Below are positions 38,988-48,945 of a DNA stretch of 64,000 nt, in pieces. The notes below the pieces were generated by a model. It did no database searches. It was not told the DNA's origin and saw only the letters and a list, made by a program, of their open reading frames with translations. The translations under genes and the position numbers were made by a program. Origin of the DNA: Planctomycetota bacterium. Lineage in GTDB: Bacteria > Planctomycetota > B15-G4 > JADJEK01. Where the stretch lies: contig JBGAIQ010000016.1 of assembly GCA_044225365.1 (NCBI GenBank), forward strand, positions 56,633 to 120,632, given 5' to 3'. How positions within the stretch are numbered: position 1 is the first letter of the stretch; each line of letters starts with the position of its first letter.

Positions 38988-39078
38988 TTGCAGGTTCCGC
39001 GAGACTCGAAGCGCGTCGAGGAGATTCTCGAAGAGGGTGGGTGACACTCAGGGGCTGACGATCACGCTCGGTCTCTGA
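38988..39078 (+). pseudogene. Decayed remnant of a paralogous C-terminal domain
   Basis: 39028-39078 reads SKRVGDTQGLTITLGL*, versus AKGVSFSRGLAITLGL* at the end of the upstream gene; both share cgatcacgctcggtct. No start codon or N-terminal part. Confidence 0.55.
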
Positions 39079-39173
39079 GCGACGAGACTCCCCCGTCCAT
39101 CAGTGGGCAATGGGCAATGGGATACGGCGCACTGGCTCCTCGGGGGGTGCGCCGTCTCGTTTCGTACTCGGTG

Positions 39174-39995
39174 TCACTCGCCCGCGGCGAAGCCCATACG
39201 CTTCAGCGTCTCGATGTCGTCGTTGTGCGAGTGCGTGAATCCGTGCGCGCGTTCCCACTGCACGGTCGAGGCTGCGCGGAAGGCGACGATGTAGGCGCGT
39301 CGCCACCGCTTCGACGTATTGCCGCCGGAGCCATGGATCACGCGCTCGTTGTGGATCGTGCAGTCGCCGCGGCGGATCTGCGCGCATTCGATGCGATCGG
39401 TCTTCTCGTCGACGTCGGCGACGAGCGTGTGCGACTTCTCCCGATCGCCGTGCGCCGGACGATGGGGGCGCAATCGCTTCTCCTTGTGCGAACCGGTGAC
39501 GAACCGCATGCAGCCGTTCTCGATCGACGAATCGTCGAGCGCGAGCCAGGCCGTCGCGGTGCGGAGATCCTTCGTCACGGGCCAGTACGCGAGATCCTGA
39601 TGCCAAGCGAAGATCGCGTCCTGCTTGCCGGGGCGTTTCGCGAGGAGTTGGTCGTAGTCGATCTCCATGCCGTCGCCGAGCAGTTGCTGCGCGATGCTCG
39701 CGACGCGCTGTTCGTAGAGGTTGCCCCGCCATTCGGGGTAGTACCGGCGCGGCAGCATCACGTTGATGATCGAGAACTGATCGAGAGTGCGCGTATAGTC
39801 GCCGGACATGTCGCAGAAATCTTTCCCTGCGACCGGGACCTCGCCGCGCACGAAGCGATCGTAGACCGCTTCGATCGGCTTCAGCTCGTCCTCCGAGAGG
39901 ATGCCTTCGAGGTGGATCCAGCCATCCTCCTCGAAGCGACGCTTCTCGTCCTGCGTGATCTTGTACAGCGGGCCGTCGCGACGATCGTTCGACAT
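39174..39995 (-). CDS. Phytanoyl-CoA dioxygenase (PhyH) family Fe(II)/2OG oxygenase
   Basis: FEEDGW, WHQD (HxD), TAWLALDD….NGCM.FV.GSH, distal His in VIHGS.GN…R. ATG 39995 after GGAG; the ORF extends to 40061. Confidence 0.88.
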   Translation of the reverse strand: MSNDRRDGPLYKITQDEKRRFEEDGWIHLEGILSEDELKPIEAVYDRFVRGEVPVAGKDFCDMSGDYTRTLDQFSIINVMLPRRYYPEWRGNLYEQRVASIAQQLLGDGMEIDYDQLLAKRPGKQDAIFAWHQDLAYWPVTKDLRTATAWLALDDSSIENGCMRFVTGSHKEKRLRPHRPAHGDREKSHTLVADVDEKTDRIECAQIRRGDCTIHNERVIHGSGGNTSKRWRRAYIVAFRAASTVQWERAHGFTHSHNDDIETLKRMGFAAGE

Positions 39996-40057
39996 GACGA
40001 AGACTCCGAGGACGCGGAAGGTCGGAGCCGGCATCGTCTCCGACGACGAACGAAAGA

Positions 40058-42001
40058 TCAACGCTGCAGGAAGCCCCGGGCGTCGAGTGCGTCGAGAAGG
40101 CGAGCGAGGTTCGAGTCGATCCCCATCGTTGCGGTATCGAGCACGAGATCCGGGGCGATCGGCGGTTCGTAGGGCTGATCGACGCCGGTGACGTTGGCGA
40201 GAGCGCCCGCGCGGGCGCGCGCGTAGAGCCGCTCGGTGTCGCGGGCTTCACACACCTCGATCGGCGCGTTGCAGTGGACGACGAAGAACCGCTCGCCGCC
40301 GATGATGCCCCGCGCACGCTCACGCGATTCGGCGGTCGGCGCGACGAAGGCACCGATCGCGATGAGCCCCTGATCGTTCATGATGCGCGCGAGCTCGGCG
40401 GAGCGTCGCAGGTGCTCTACTCGATCGGATTCGGAGAATCCGAGATCCGCGCTGATGCCGCGTCGCAGGTTCTCGCCGTCGAGGACGAGCGCGTGATAAC
40501 CGCGAGCGAAGAGCGATCGTTCGAGTGCATAGGCGAGCGAACTCTTGCCGGAGCGCGGCAGGCCCGTGAACCAAACGCTGAACGGTCGCTGTCCGATGCG
40601 CTTCGCGCGCAGGTCGGGGGAGATGTCCGAGGCACTGCCTCGCAGATTCGTGCCGGCGTCGAACGATTTGCGATCGCGATCGAGCGATCGCTCCGCGGGA
40701 GTACGATCGAGGATCATCCCGGCGCCGAGCGTCGCGTTGGTGAGGCGATCGATCAGGATGAAGGCGCCGGTCTGACGGTTCTTCGCGTAGGCGTCGCCCG
40801 TGAGCGGTCGGGTGCATTCGATGCGAACTCGCCCGATCTCATTGAGCTTCAGTCCCTCGGCCGGTTCGCTGTGAAGCGTCTCGACGTTGATGCGGTAACG
40901 CAACTGCGTGATCGTGACGGGCGCGGTCAAGGTCGACTGCTTCAACAGGTAGGACCGACCGGGAGCGAGGGCGGCATCGCTCATCCACACGACCATCGCT
41001 TCGACGGCGTTCTCGAGCGGCGGAGCGTTGTTCGGATGGACGAAGACATCGCCACGACTCACGTCGATCTCGTCTTCGAGGGTGATCGTGACGGCCATCG
41101 GCGCGAACGCTTCGTGGACCTCGCGATCCGCGACGGAGATCGACTTGACCCGACTCTTCTTGCCCGACGGCAGCGCAACGACCTGGTCGCCGAGACGAAG
41201 CGTGCCGGAGGCGAGGGTTCCCGCGAAGCCGCGGAAGTCGAGGTTCGGACGCAACACGAGCTGCACGGGGAGGCGGAGGTCGATCAGGTTCTTGTCGCTC
41301 GCGATGTGCACCGTCTCGAGGTAGTCGAGCAGGGGTCCGCCCTGGTACCACGGCATCGCATCGGCGCGGAACACGACGTTCTCGCCGCGGCGCGCGCAGA
41401 TCGGGATGAAGTGGAGGTCGCTGATCGCGAGCTTCGTGAAGAAGTCGACGGTGTCCCGGCGAATGCTCTCGAACACGGCTTCGTCGTAGCCGACGAGATC
41501 CATCTTGTTGATGGCGACGACCACGTGCTTGATGCCGAGCAGTGAACAAATGAACGCATGTCGCCGCGTCTGGGGCAAAACGCCCTTGCGTGCGTCGATG
41601 AGGATGATCGCGAGATCGGAGTTCGACGCTCCGGTCGCCATGTTGCGCGTGTACTGCTCGTGGCCCGGAGTGTCGGCGACGATGAATTTGCGCTTCGGCG
41701 TCGAGAAGTAGCGGTACGCGACATCGATCGTGATGCCCTGCTCGCGCTCGGCCTGGAGGCCGTCCATCAGCAGCGCGAAGTCGATCTCCTCGCCCGTGGT
41801 ACCGAAGCGCGTCGTGTCCTTCTTCACCGCGGCGAGCTGGTCCTCGAACACGCCCGCGCCGTCATGGAGGAGTCGTCCGATCAGCGTCGACTTTCCGTCG
41901 TCCACGGATCCGCAGGTGAGGATGCGCAGCATCTCCTTGTTCTGGTACTGCTCGAGCCAGCCTTCGATCCCGATGCGATCGAGCTCTTCCGAGTGCCGCA
42001 T
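40058..42001 (-). CDS. cysNC: Bifunctional sulfate adenylyltransferase subunit 1 / APS kinase (CysN/CysC)
   Basis: CGSVDDGKSTLIGRLL, AEREQGITIDVAYRYF, DTPGHEQYTRNM, NKMD; C-terminal W.TGL..SGKS, LDG.N.R, TGVD.PYE.P. Confidence 0.93.
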   Translation of the reverse strand: MRHSEELDRIGIEGWLEQYQNKEMLRILTCGSVDDGKSTLIGRLLHDGAGVFEDQLAAVKKDTTRFGTTGEEIDFALLMDGLQAEREQGITIDVAYRYFSTPKRKFIVADTPGHEQYTRNMATGASNSDLAIILIDARKGVLPQTRRHAFICSLLGIKHVVVAINKMDLVGYDEAVFESIRRDTVDFFTKLAISDLHFIPICARRGENVVFRADAMPWYQGGPLLDYLETVHIASDKNLIDLRLPVQLVLRPNLDFRGFAGTLASGTLRLGDQVVALPSGKKSRVKSISVADREVHEAFAPMAVTITLEDEIDVSRGDVFVHPNNAPPLENAVEAMVVWMSDAALAPGRSYLLKQSTLTAPVTITQLRYRINVETLHSEPAEGLKLNEIGRVRIECTRPLTGDAYAKNRQTGAFILIDRLTNATLGAGMILDRTPAERSLDRDRKSFDAGTNLRGSASDISPDLRAKRIGQRPFSVWFTGLPRSGKSSLAYALERSLFARGYHALVLDGENLRRGISADLGFSESDRVEHLRRSAELARIMNDQGLIAIGAFVAPTAESRERARGIIGGERFFVVHCNAPIEVCEARDTERLYARARAGALANVTGVDQPYEPPIAPDLVLDTATMGIDSNLARLLDALDARGFLQR

Positions 42002-42085
42002 CAGATCGCTCCGCCAACGGAAGGAGCAGGAAATACGTCGAGGCCCATGCTCGGGACGCGAACCGATTCGCCGCGAAGATCCATG

Positions 42086-42991
42086 TCAGAAGTACCCCTC
42101 GCGCTTCTTCTCCTCCATCGAGCCGGCCTCGTCGTAGTCGATGACGCGGCCCTGGCGCTCGGAGGTATTGCAGCGCAGCATCTCCTCGATCACTTCGGGG
42201 ACGTTCGTTGCATCCGATGGGACGGCGCCCGTGAGCGGATAGCATCCGAGAGTGCGGAAGCGGACTTTGCGCATCTGTGGCGCTTCGCCCTTCTCGAGCG
42301 GCAGTCGGTCGTCATCGACCATGATGAACGTTCCATTCCGAACGACCACCGGGCGTTCCTTCGCGAAGTACAGCGGGACGAGATCGAGCTTCTCCTTGTG
42401 CGCATACAGCCACACGTCGAGCTCGGTCCAATTCGAGAGCGGGAAGACCCGGATCGATTCGCCCTTGTGGACCCGACTGTTGAAGAGCGTCCAGAGCTCG
42501 GGCCGCTGGTTCTTCGGATCCCATTGGTGGAAGCGGTCGCGGAACGAGAAGACGCGCTCCTTGGCGCGGCTCTTCTCCTCGTCGCGGCGCGCGCCGCCGA
42601 ACGCGGCGTCGAATCCGTACTTGTCGAGCGCCTGCTTCAGGCCCTCGGTCTTCATGATGTGCGTGTAGCGCTGAGTCCCGTGGTCGAACGGATTGATGTT
42701 GGCCTTCACGCCCTCGGGATTGATCCACTCGATCAGATCGGCGCCGATCTGCTTCGTAAGGCGGTCGCGGAACGCGATCATCTCCTTGAACTTGAACGTG
42801 GTGTTCACGTGGAGCAGAGGGAACGGCAGCTTGCCCGGCGCGAACGCCTTCACCGCGAGGCGCAGCATCACGCACGAGTCCTTGCCGATCGAGAAGAGCA
42901 TCACGGGCTTGCTGAACTCGGCCGCCACCTCGCGAAGGATATGGATGCTCTCCGCTTCGAGCTGTTCGAGGTGAGTGAGCGTGTGCGTCAT
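42086..42991 (-). CDS. cysD: Sulfate adenylyltransferase subunit 2
   Basis: [62 protein letters not shown]. Confidence 0.96.
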   Translation of the reverse strand: MTHTLTHLEQLEAESIHILREVAAEFSKPVMLFSIGKDSCVMLRLAVKAFAPGKLPFPLLHVNTTFKFKEMIAFRDRLTKQIGADLIEWINPEGVKANINPFDHGTQRYTHIMKTEGLKQALDKYGFDAAFGGARRDEEKSRAKERVFSFRDRFHQWDPKNQRPELWTLFNSRVHKGESIRVFPLSNWTELDVWLYAHKEKLDLVPLYFAKERPVVVRNGTFIMVDDDRLPLEKGEAPQMRKVRFRTLGCYPLTGAVPSDATNVPEVIEEMLRCNTSERQGRVIDYDEAGSMEEKKREGYF

Positions 42992-43103
42992 CGTAGGGTC
43001 CGGATCGAGTCGAAGAGTCACCACCCGAGGGCGTGGACCCGCCGAGCATAGTCGATCGTGCGTTCCGAACGAAGAACTCGCCTCCACTCGCGCGTTCGCG
43101 AGA

Positions 43104-44735
43104 TCAGCGCGGGATCGCGCGCGCGTCGACGAGGCGAGCGAGGGCGCCGTCCTCCTCGATGAGCGGCTCGTCCGGCACGTTCCTGGCGCCGGTCGAGGCG
43201 ATCGCATCGAGGATCGGCTTCTCCGCGGGATTCGCGCCGGAGAAGTGCGTGATCACGATCCAGACGCGCTCCGCTCCATTCGCCTTTGCGGCGAAGTCGG
43301 CGGCGTATCGCTCGGGATGACCGTCGAAGATCCGAGCCGACGACTCGACCCGAACTCGATCGAATGGCTCACGTTCCCCGTAGTAGCGCCACGCCTTCTG
43401 CGCCCAGTAAGAGACGTAGATCACGTCGCCGGGTCGCACCCGCGCGTGGAGGCGCGAGACCATCGTCCGCGCTTCCTCCCGGGTCTGCGGATCGCTGAAT
43501 CGGCGGAGCGACACGCGGGCCGGATCGAGCAGGAGCAGCCCCGCGGCGGCGTATGCAAGGCGAGTTCGCCACGGCGAGGCTCCTGCCAGCTTTCGCGACA
43601 GCGCATCGATGCCGGCGCCGATCGGCAGGATCAGCGAGGGTAGGAGATAGAGAACGGCCCGCCCGCTGAACGGATAGGCCTGCACGATCGCCGCGAGGAA
43701 CGCGAAGACCAGGACGAGGAGGACGAGCGTTCCAGATGCCCGCTTGCGGCGGATCAGGACCACCGTACCGAGGAGGAAGAGAGCGGCACCGATGCCCGTC
43801 GACAGCGTTCCGTGATCGTTGTCGCGCGAGAGCCCGACGGGACTCACGATCGCGTCGTAGATCGTGTCGGGGATCCAACGCAGCTTCGCAAGCAGTCCGC
43901 CCGAGGGAGGGAAGGATTCGGTCTCCATCCAGTAGCGACGGATGTGGACATCGCCCGCCTGATGACCGAGGAGACCGAGGTACTGGACGAGGAACACGGC
44001 GAACCACGCCGCGCAGCACAGTGCGACGATCGCCGCCGCGCGACGTTCGTTCTGCCGAATCCTCACAGCGAGCAGCGTGACGCCGGCGCTCGCGAGTACG
44101 AGCGGTGCGGGAAGACAGACGAAGACCGTGAGCAGACCGACGACGAGCAACGCCAAGCTCGATGTCGTGCCCTTGTCGCGCTCCAACAGCTCGATCACGA
44201 GGGTGAGGATGAGGAGTGTCGCGCAGAGGTCGATCGAGTAGGGCTTGAACTCTTCAGCGTAGTAGATCGCGGTGGGGCCGATAGCGAGCAGGGAGAGGGC
44301 GAACAGCGCTCCGGCGGGCTCGAGGATTCGACGTGCGACGCGCCACAGGAGTGGGAGCGATGCGACGCCCGCGAGGAAGGCGGGGAGTCGCAACACCCAT
44401 TCGGAATCGCCGAGGAGTCGGCGAAGGCATTGCGCGAGCAGCACGAATCCAGGCGCGGCGACCTGGCCCTCGCCGAGCGGATGGAGGAAGCGACCGATCG
44501 AATCGTCGCCGAGTGTCGACCAGAGCAACAGTTCGTCGAGCCAGAGCGAACGGTCGAACGTCATCGCCCGCGCGCGCAGGACGATGCCGATCGCCATCAC
44601 CACGAACGCCGCTACGGAGATCCCGCGGGAGCTACGCCCGTCGTTCAAGTGTCGCCTCGCGCACGCGTCGTCGATCGCATCACCGCCAGCATCGCGAGGA
44701 TTCTTGCTCGACCCTTTGTCATATTCGATCGACAT
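43104..44735 (-). CDS. GT-C membrane glycosyltransferase (GT39/PMT-like)
   Basis: [35 protein letters not shown]; many TM helices. Start uncertain. Confidence 0.75.
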   Translation of the reverse strand: MSIEYDKGSSKNPRDAGGDAIDDACARRHLNDGRSSRGISVAAFVVMAIGIVLRARAMTFDRSLWLDELLLWSTLGDDSIGRFLHPLGEGQVAAPGFVLLAQCLRRLLGDSEWVLRLPAFLAGVASLPLLWRVARRILEPAGALFALSLLAIGPTAIYYAEEFKPYSIDLCATLLILTLVIELLERDKGTTSSLALLVVGLLTVFVCLPAPLVLASAGVTLLAVRIRQNERRAAAIVALCCAAWFAVFLVQYLGLLGHQAGDVHIRRYWMETESFPPSGGLLAKLRWIPDTIYDAIVSPVGLSRDNDHGTLSTGIGAALFLLGTVVLIRRKRASGTLVLLVLVFAFLAAIVQAYPFSGRAVLYLLPSLILPIGAGIDALSRKLAGASPWRTRLAYAAAGLLLLDPARVSLRRFSDPQTREEARTMVSRLHARVRPGDVIYVSYWAQKAWRYYGEREPFDRVRVESSARIFDGHPERYAADFAAKANGAERVWIVITHFSGANPAEKPILDAIASTGARNVPDEPLIEEDGALARLVDARAIPR

Positions 44736-44833
44736 GCGAGGAGAATTCGCGAAGGCGACTTCATCATTCGCTCACGAATCGCGCCCCCTTCTCCCGCGTG
44801 ACGAGTGGGGTAGACTCGAAACCACGAGGACCG

Positions 44834-45442
44834 ATGCCCATGGCCGACAAGAAGAAGCCGAATGTGTCCGTGGCGGACGAACCGAAGATCGAGATCCTGC
44901 CCGACGCCGAAGCCGTGCTTGCGGACGTCGCGAGCCGGGAACAGGCCGTTCGAGACAAGGCGTTCGCGATCGCGCAGCGCCGCGCGGCGCCCGTCGATCC
45001 GATGCTCGACTGGCTCGAGGCCGAGCGCGCGTCCTACCGCCGCCCGGCGGCGCGCGTCTCCTGCGCGAGCGACAGCTACCGTATCGAGATCGAACTGCCC
45101 GGGGTCGCGAAGAAGGACATCGAGATTCGAGCCGCTTCGGGCCGGATCGTGGTGCGCGCCGTGCGCCGCGCGGACTCCGATCCGGGAACCGCGATCCCCG
45201 CCATCATCGACGAGTTCGGCGTTCCGGAACTCTGGCGCGACGTGCAACTCCCGCCCGACTGCATCGCTACGTCGATCGGGGCGACGCTCGACCACGGCGT
45301 TCTCGTTCTCGTGCTCGCACGTTCTCAGCCGATGGAATCCACCGACGAGCGGGTCGAGTCCTGCGTCGTCCCGCCCGTCGGGGAGTCGACGCCGAGCGTG
45401 AAGAAGCCCGCGGCGAAGCGCGGCAAGAAACGCGCTCCGTGA
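44834..45442 (+). CDS. Small heat-shock protein (Hsp20) with N-terminal DUF2934-like motif
   Basis: ATG after GAGGA; VRDKAFAIAQRR…DWLEAER; Y.IEIELPGVAKKDIEI…R.VQLP…ATLDHGVL alpha-crystallin domain. Confidence 0.75.
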   Translation: MPMADKKKPNVSVADEPKIEILPDAEAVLADVASREQAVRDKAFAIAQRRAAPVDPMLDWLEAERASYRRPAARVSCASDSYRIEIELPGVAKKDIEIRAASGRIVVRAVRRADSDPGTAIPAIIDEFGVPELWRDVQLPPDCIATSIGATLDHGVLVLVLARSQPMESTDERVESCVVPPVGESTPSVKKPAAKRGKKRAP

Positions 45443-45477
45443 GGCGGCTCGAGCCCGAGCGACTCACGAACGGTCGA

Positions 45478-46317
45478 TCAGGGAAGTGCGATCTCCCGGT
45501 AGAGGTCGACGCGACGGCTTCCGATTCGATCGAGCTCGTAGCGACCCGCTTCGTAGACGACGCGGTTGGCGTCCGCGCGCCGTAGATCGACTTCGACGTC
45601 GAGCGTGTCGCACTCCGTCGCGGAGGCTTCCGCGATCACGCGACCGTCGCAATCGATCACCCGCGATCGTCCGCGGAAACGGAATCCCGCTTCTTCTCCG
45701 ACCCGATCGCAGGTCGCGACGAAAACGTGATTCTCCTGCGCCCTCACGCGGGGCGTGAAATCGCAGGACACCTCGGCTTTCTCCGGCCAATTGGTGGGAA
45801 CGCAGAGCAGCTGCGCTCCTCGCAGCTTCTGCACGCGAGACGCCTCCGGGAAGCTGAAGTCGAAGCAGATCTGGAGGCCGACGCGACCTTCCCCGAGAGT
45901 GAAGACGGGTAATCCTACGTCGCCGGGATCGTCGAAGCGATCGACGCCGAGGTGCAGGAGATGCGCCTTGCGGTAGATGCCGACCACGCCGCTCGCGGCG
46001 ACGAGGACCGCGGTGTTGAAGAGTCGCGGCGAACTCCCTTTCACGCCCAGCGCTCGCTCGAGCATCCCGAGGACCACCGTCGTTCCGCGCCGGCCCTGGC
46101 GCGCGAGCTGCGCGGAAATCCGCTCCGTCGTGGGGCCCGGGCACGTCTCGGCGCACACGAGCGCATCGGCCCGCGAATCGAAGCCGTATCCCGAGAGCGC
46201 GCACTCGGGGAAGACGACGAGATCGCCCGAGGTCGCGGCGATCCGCTCGAGGATCGTTTCGCGATTGCGATCGACGTCCGCGAGCACGGGATCGGTCTGG
46301 CAGATGGCGATGCGCAA
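45478..46317 (-). CDS. Carbon-nitrogen hydrolase (nitrilase superfamily)
   Basis: LVVFPEC..SGY (Glu), YRKAHL (Lys), ICFD..FPE (Cys), RAQEN. Confidence 0.9.
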   Translation of the reverse strand: MRIAICQTDPVLADVDRNRETILERIAATSGDLVVFPECALSGYGFDSRADALVCAETCPGPTTERISAQLARQGRRGTTVVLGMLERALGVKGSSPRLFNTAVLVAASGVVGIYRKAHLLHLGVDRFDDPGDVGLPVFTLGEGRVGLQICFDFSFPEASRVQKLRGAQLLCVPTNWPEKAEVSCDFTPRVRAQENHVFVATCDRVGEEAGFRFRGRSRVIDCDGRVIAEASATECDTLDVEVDLRRADANRVVYEAGRYELDRIGSRRVDLYREIALP

Positions 46318-46359
46318 GGTCGACGCGCTCCAAACGGCGGGAACGGGACTCGAGCCGGG

Positions 46360-46725
46360 TCAGAGCTCGAGGAGTTGGTCGCAGTACTCCCACGCCGAGA
46401 GTTTCTGCGCGCAGGATTTGCAGATGAACCCTTCGAACCGCACCGGGTTCTTGAAGATGCCCGGATCGTGTTCGACGTCGTGGATCTCGGCGCATCGTGC
46501 GCAAGGCGCCGGCTTGACGCCATCGCGTTCGAGCGCGGCGAATCCTTCGGCGAGGAGCGGCTCGATCGGAATGAACGACGGGACGACGATCGCGTCGGCC
46601 TCGATCTTGATGTCCTTCACGCCGAGGCGCCGCAGGACGAACGTGAAGAGCTTGTCGTCGTGGGAGACGCGGAGCCGACCGCGCAGCTCGGCGAACGGAA
46701 TGCGGACGTCGCGAATCTCGCGCAT
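46360..46725 (-). CDS. Small hypothetical protein with two CxxC pairs (possible zinc finger)
   Basis: CARC…CKSC; coding-like codon usage; the ORF extends to 46767. Confidence 0.6.
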   Translation of the reverse strand: MREIRDVRIPFAELRGRLRVSHDDKLFTFVLRRLGVKDIKIEADAIVVPSFIPIEPLLAEGFAALERDGVKPAPCARCAEIHDVEHDPGIFKNPVRFEGFICKSCAQKLSAWEYCDQLLEL

Positions 46726-46815
46726 GTCCGCGATCGTAGTGCCTGGCGCGCGCCTTTTGAATCGCATTCAGGGCGGCGAGTCCCCCGCGGTCTCCAGGCC
46801 TGATGCCGAAACGCA

Positions 46816-46854
46816 ATCAGGGCCGGTGAGTCCTCTTCGGACCCCGGCCCTGAT
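46816..46854 (-). terminator. Hairpin downstream of the RNA-binding protein gene
   Basis: 11-bp arms atcagggccgg / ccggccctgat with an inner gtcc/ggac pair; only a weak U tract. Confidence 0.55.
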
Positions 46855-46901
46855 GTGTTTGCGTTGTTCTCGGGTGCGTTGGTTCGTGCGCGGAGCGCGT
46901 C

Positions 46902-47294
<393 letters not shown>

Positions 47295-47474
47295 TCCTGG
47301 GACCTTTCCGAAACGAAACAGACTATTTGCGGCCAGGCTTTCTCGAGAACCACGAGCGGTAAGCGAAAAGGTCCGTCGCAAACCAAACCGCGGGAACTCT
47401 ATCAAGTGGTGTACGGCATGGATAGACCGAAGTCGACAAACCGCGGTGCGACCGGAGTGCCGGGGCCCGGGGGC

Positions 47475-48230
47475 GTGAAGATCGAATTGTGCGTCGATTC
47501 CGGCGCCGGAGCCGCCGTGGCGCAGGACGCCGGCGCGGACCGCATCGAACTGTGCAGCGCACTCGAGGTCGGCGGCTTGACGCCGAGCCTGGGGCTGATC
47601 GAACAGGCTCGCGATCATTTTCGCGGCCCGATCGTGCTCCTGGTGCGCCCTCGTCCCGGTGGTTTCACGTACGACGAAGGCGAACTGCGGACCATGGAGC
47701 GCGACATCGATTGCGCTCTGCGATGCGGATTGGCGGGAATCGCGATCGGCGTGCTGACGAAGGACGGCCGGGTCGATGTCGCCGCGATGGATCGGCTCAT
47801 CGAACACTCACGCCCGCTCGAGGTCACGTTTCATCGAGCTTTCGACCTCTGCGCGGACTTCGCCGCGGCGACCGACGCCTTGCTCGCGCTCGGCGTCGAC
47901 CGGGTCCTGACGTCGGGCGGCCGGGAGAGCGCCGAGTCGGGGATCGACCGACTGCGCGAGGTGATCGCTCGATTGGAGCGAGCGAAAGGGCGGACTTCGG
48001 TGATGCCGGGGGGAGGGGTTTCGGCTTCGAACGTGGAGAAGATCCTCGGCGCAACGGGTGCGCGGGAGATCCATGCGAGCGCGGGTGAATGGCGGAGTGG
48101 GGCGCTGGTGTCGACCACGATCGCGTTCCGATCCGTCGCGCCGGACGAGTCGGCCTTTCGCGCCACATCGCAGGAGCGCGCGCGCGCGATCGTGCAGGGC
48201 GCGCGACGCGCGACTTTGCGGGATGCTTGA
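47475..48230 (+). CDS. cutC: CutC family protein
   Basis: IELCVDS, GADRIELCSALEVGGLTPS, RPRPGGF.Y, TFHRAFD, RVLTSGG, MPGGG, EIHASA. Alternative ATG at 47418. Confidence 0.9.
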   Translation: MKIELCVDSGAGAAVAQDAGADRIELCSALEVGGLTPSLGLIEQARDHFRGPIVLLVRPRPGGFTYDEGELRTMERDIDCALRCGLAGIAIGVLTKDGRVDVAAMDRLIEHSRPLEVTFHRAFDLCADFAAATDALLALGVDRVLTSGGRESAESGIDRLREVIARLERAKGRTSVMPGGGVSASNVEKILGATGAREIHASAGEWRSGALVSTTIAFRSVAPDESAFRATSQERARAIVQGARRATLRDA

Positions 48231-48231
48231 G

Positions 48232-48492
48232 ATGGCGCGATCTGGACGGCGCAGGGGCGACGAACGCGAGTACGACTTCCACGGGCTTCGCGCCGACGAA
48301 GCGGAGCGGAAGTTGAAAGCGCTACTCGATCGGCACGCCCGCGACGGCGGCGCGGTCCTCGTCATCGTTCACGGCAAGGGTACCGGCGTCCTCGCCGACG
48401 TCGTCGCGCGCGTCGCCTCGCGCCACCCCGCGGTCGCGCACGTCCAACGCGGTTTCGTCAACGAAGGCGTCACCCGGATCGAGATGTCGTGA
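48232..48492 (+). CDS. Stand-alone Smr domain protein
   Basis: DFHGL…EA, VIVHGKGTGVL, N.GVT. Confidence 0.8.
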   Translation: MARSGRRRGDEREYDFHGLRADEAERKLKALLDRHARDGGAVLVIVHGKGTGVLADVVARVASRHPAVAHVQRGFVNEGVTRIEMS

Positions 48493-48594
48493 GGCCGAGT
48501 GCGCGGGCCCGTTTCACGACGGACACCGAGGGACACGAAGGCCACGAAGCGGGTCGAACGCGACGTCCAGGTGGGGGGCGGCTGTCCTCGCGGC

Positions 48595-48861
48595 TCACTT
48601 CACCGGCGTGACCGAGGGAGTCACCTTCACGTTCAATGTGCCCGACTTCAGCAAATCGCGGATCTCCGTCAGCAACGCGTTCGTCTTGCGCGCTTCCTCG
48701 ATCTGTTCGTTCTGCTTCGCGCCGGCATTGGGCAATTGCGCCATCGCGGTCGATTCCGGTGCGATCGGCCCGAGCCAGACTCGCAGGCCGGTGAGGACGA
48801 GGGCGAGCGTGAGGATTCGCGTGCTCCAGCGGGACGTGGGAGCTGCATTCGGATTCGACAT
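48595..48861 (-). CDS. Small hypothetical exported or membrane-anchored protein
   Basis: ATG after GGAGG; N-terminal hydrophobic helix then an amphipathic helix (EQIEEARKTNALLTEIRDLL). Confidence 0.65.
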   Translation of the reverse strand: MSNPNAAPTSRWSTRILTLALVLTGLRVWLGPIAPESTAMAQLPNAGAKQNEQIEEARKTNALLTEIRDLLKSGTLNVKVTPSVTPVK

Positions 48862-48945
48862 CGAGCTACCTCCAAGATCGTTCGTTCGGTCGGAACGATC
48901 CCACGATAAAGATCTCGACGCGAGCGGGAGTCGATATCCCCTGCC

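Noticed and set aside
39104-39121. TGGGCAA heptamer repeated about 2.5 times
   Set aside because: Too short to distinguish from chance.
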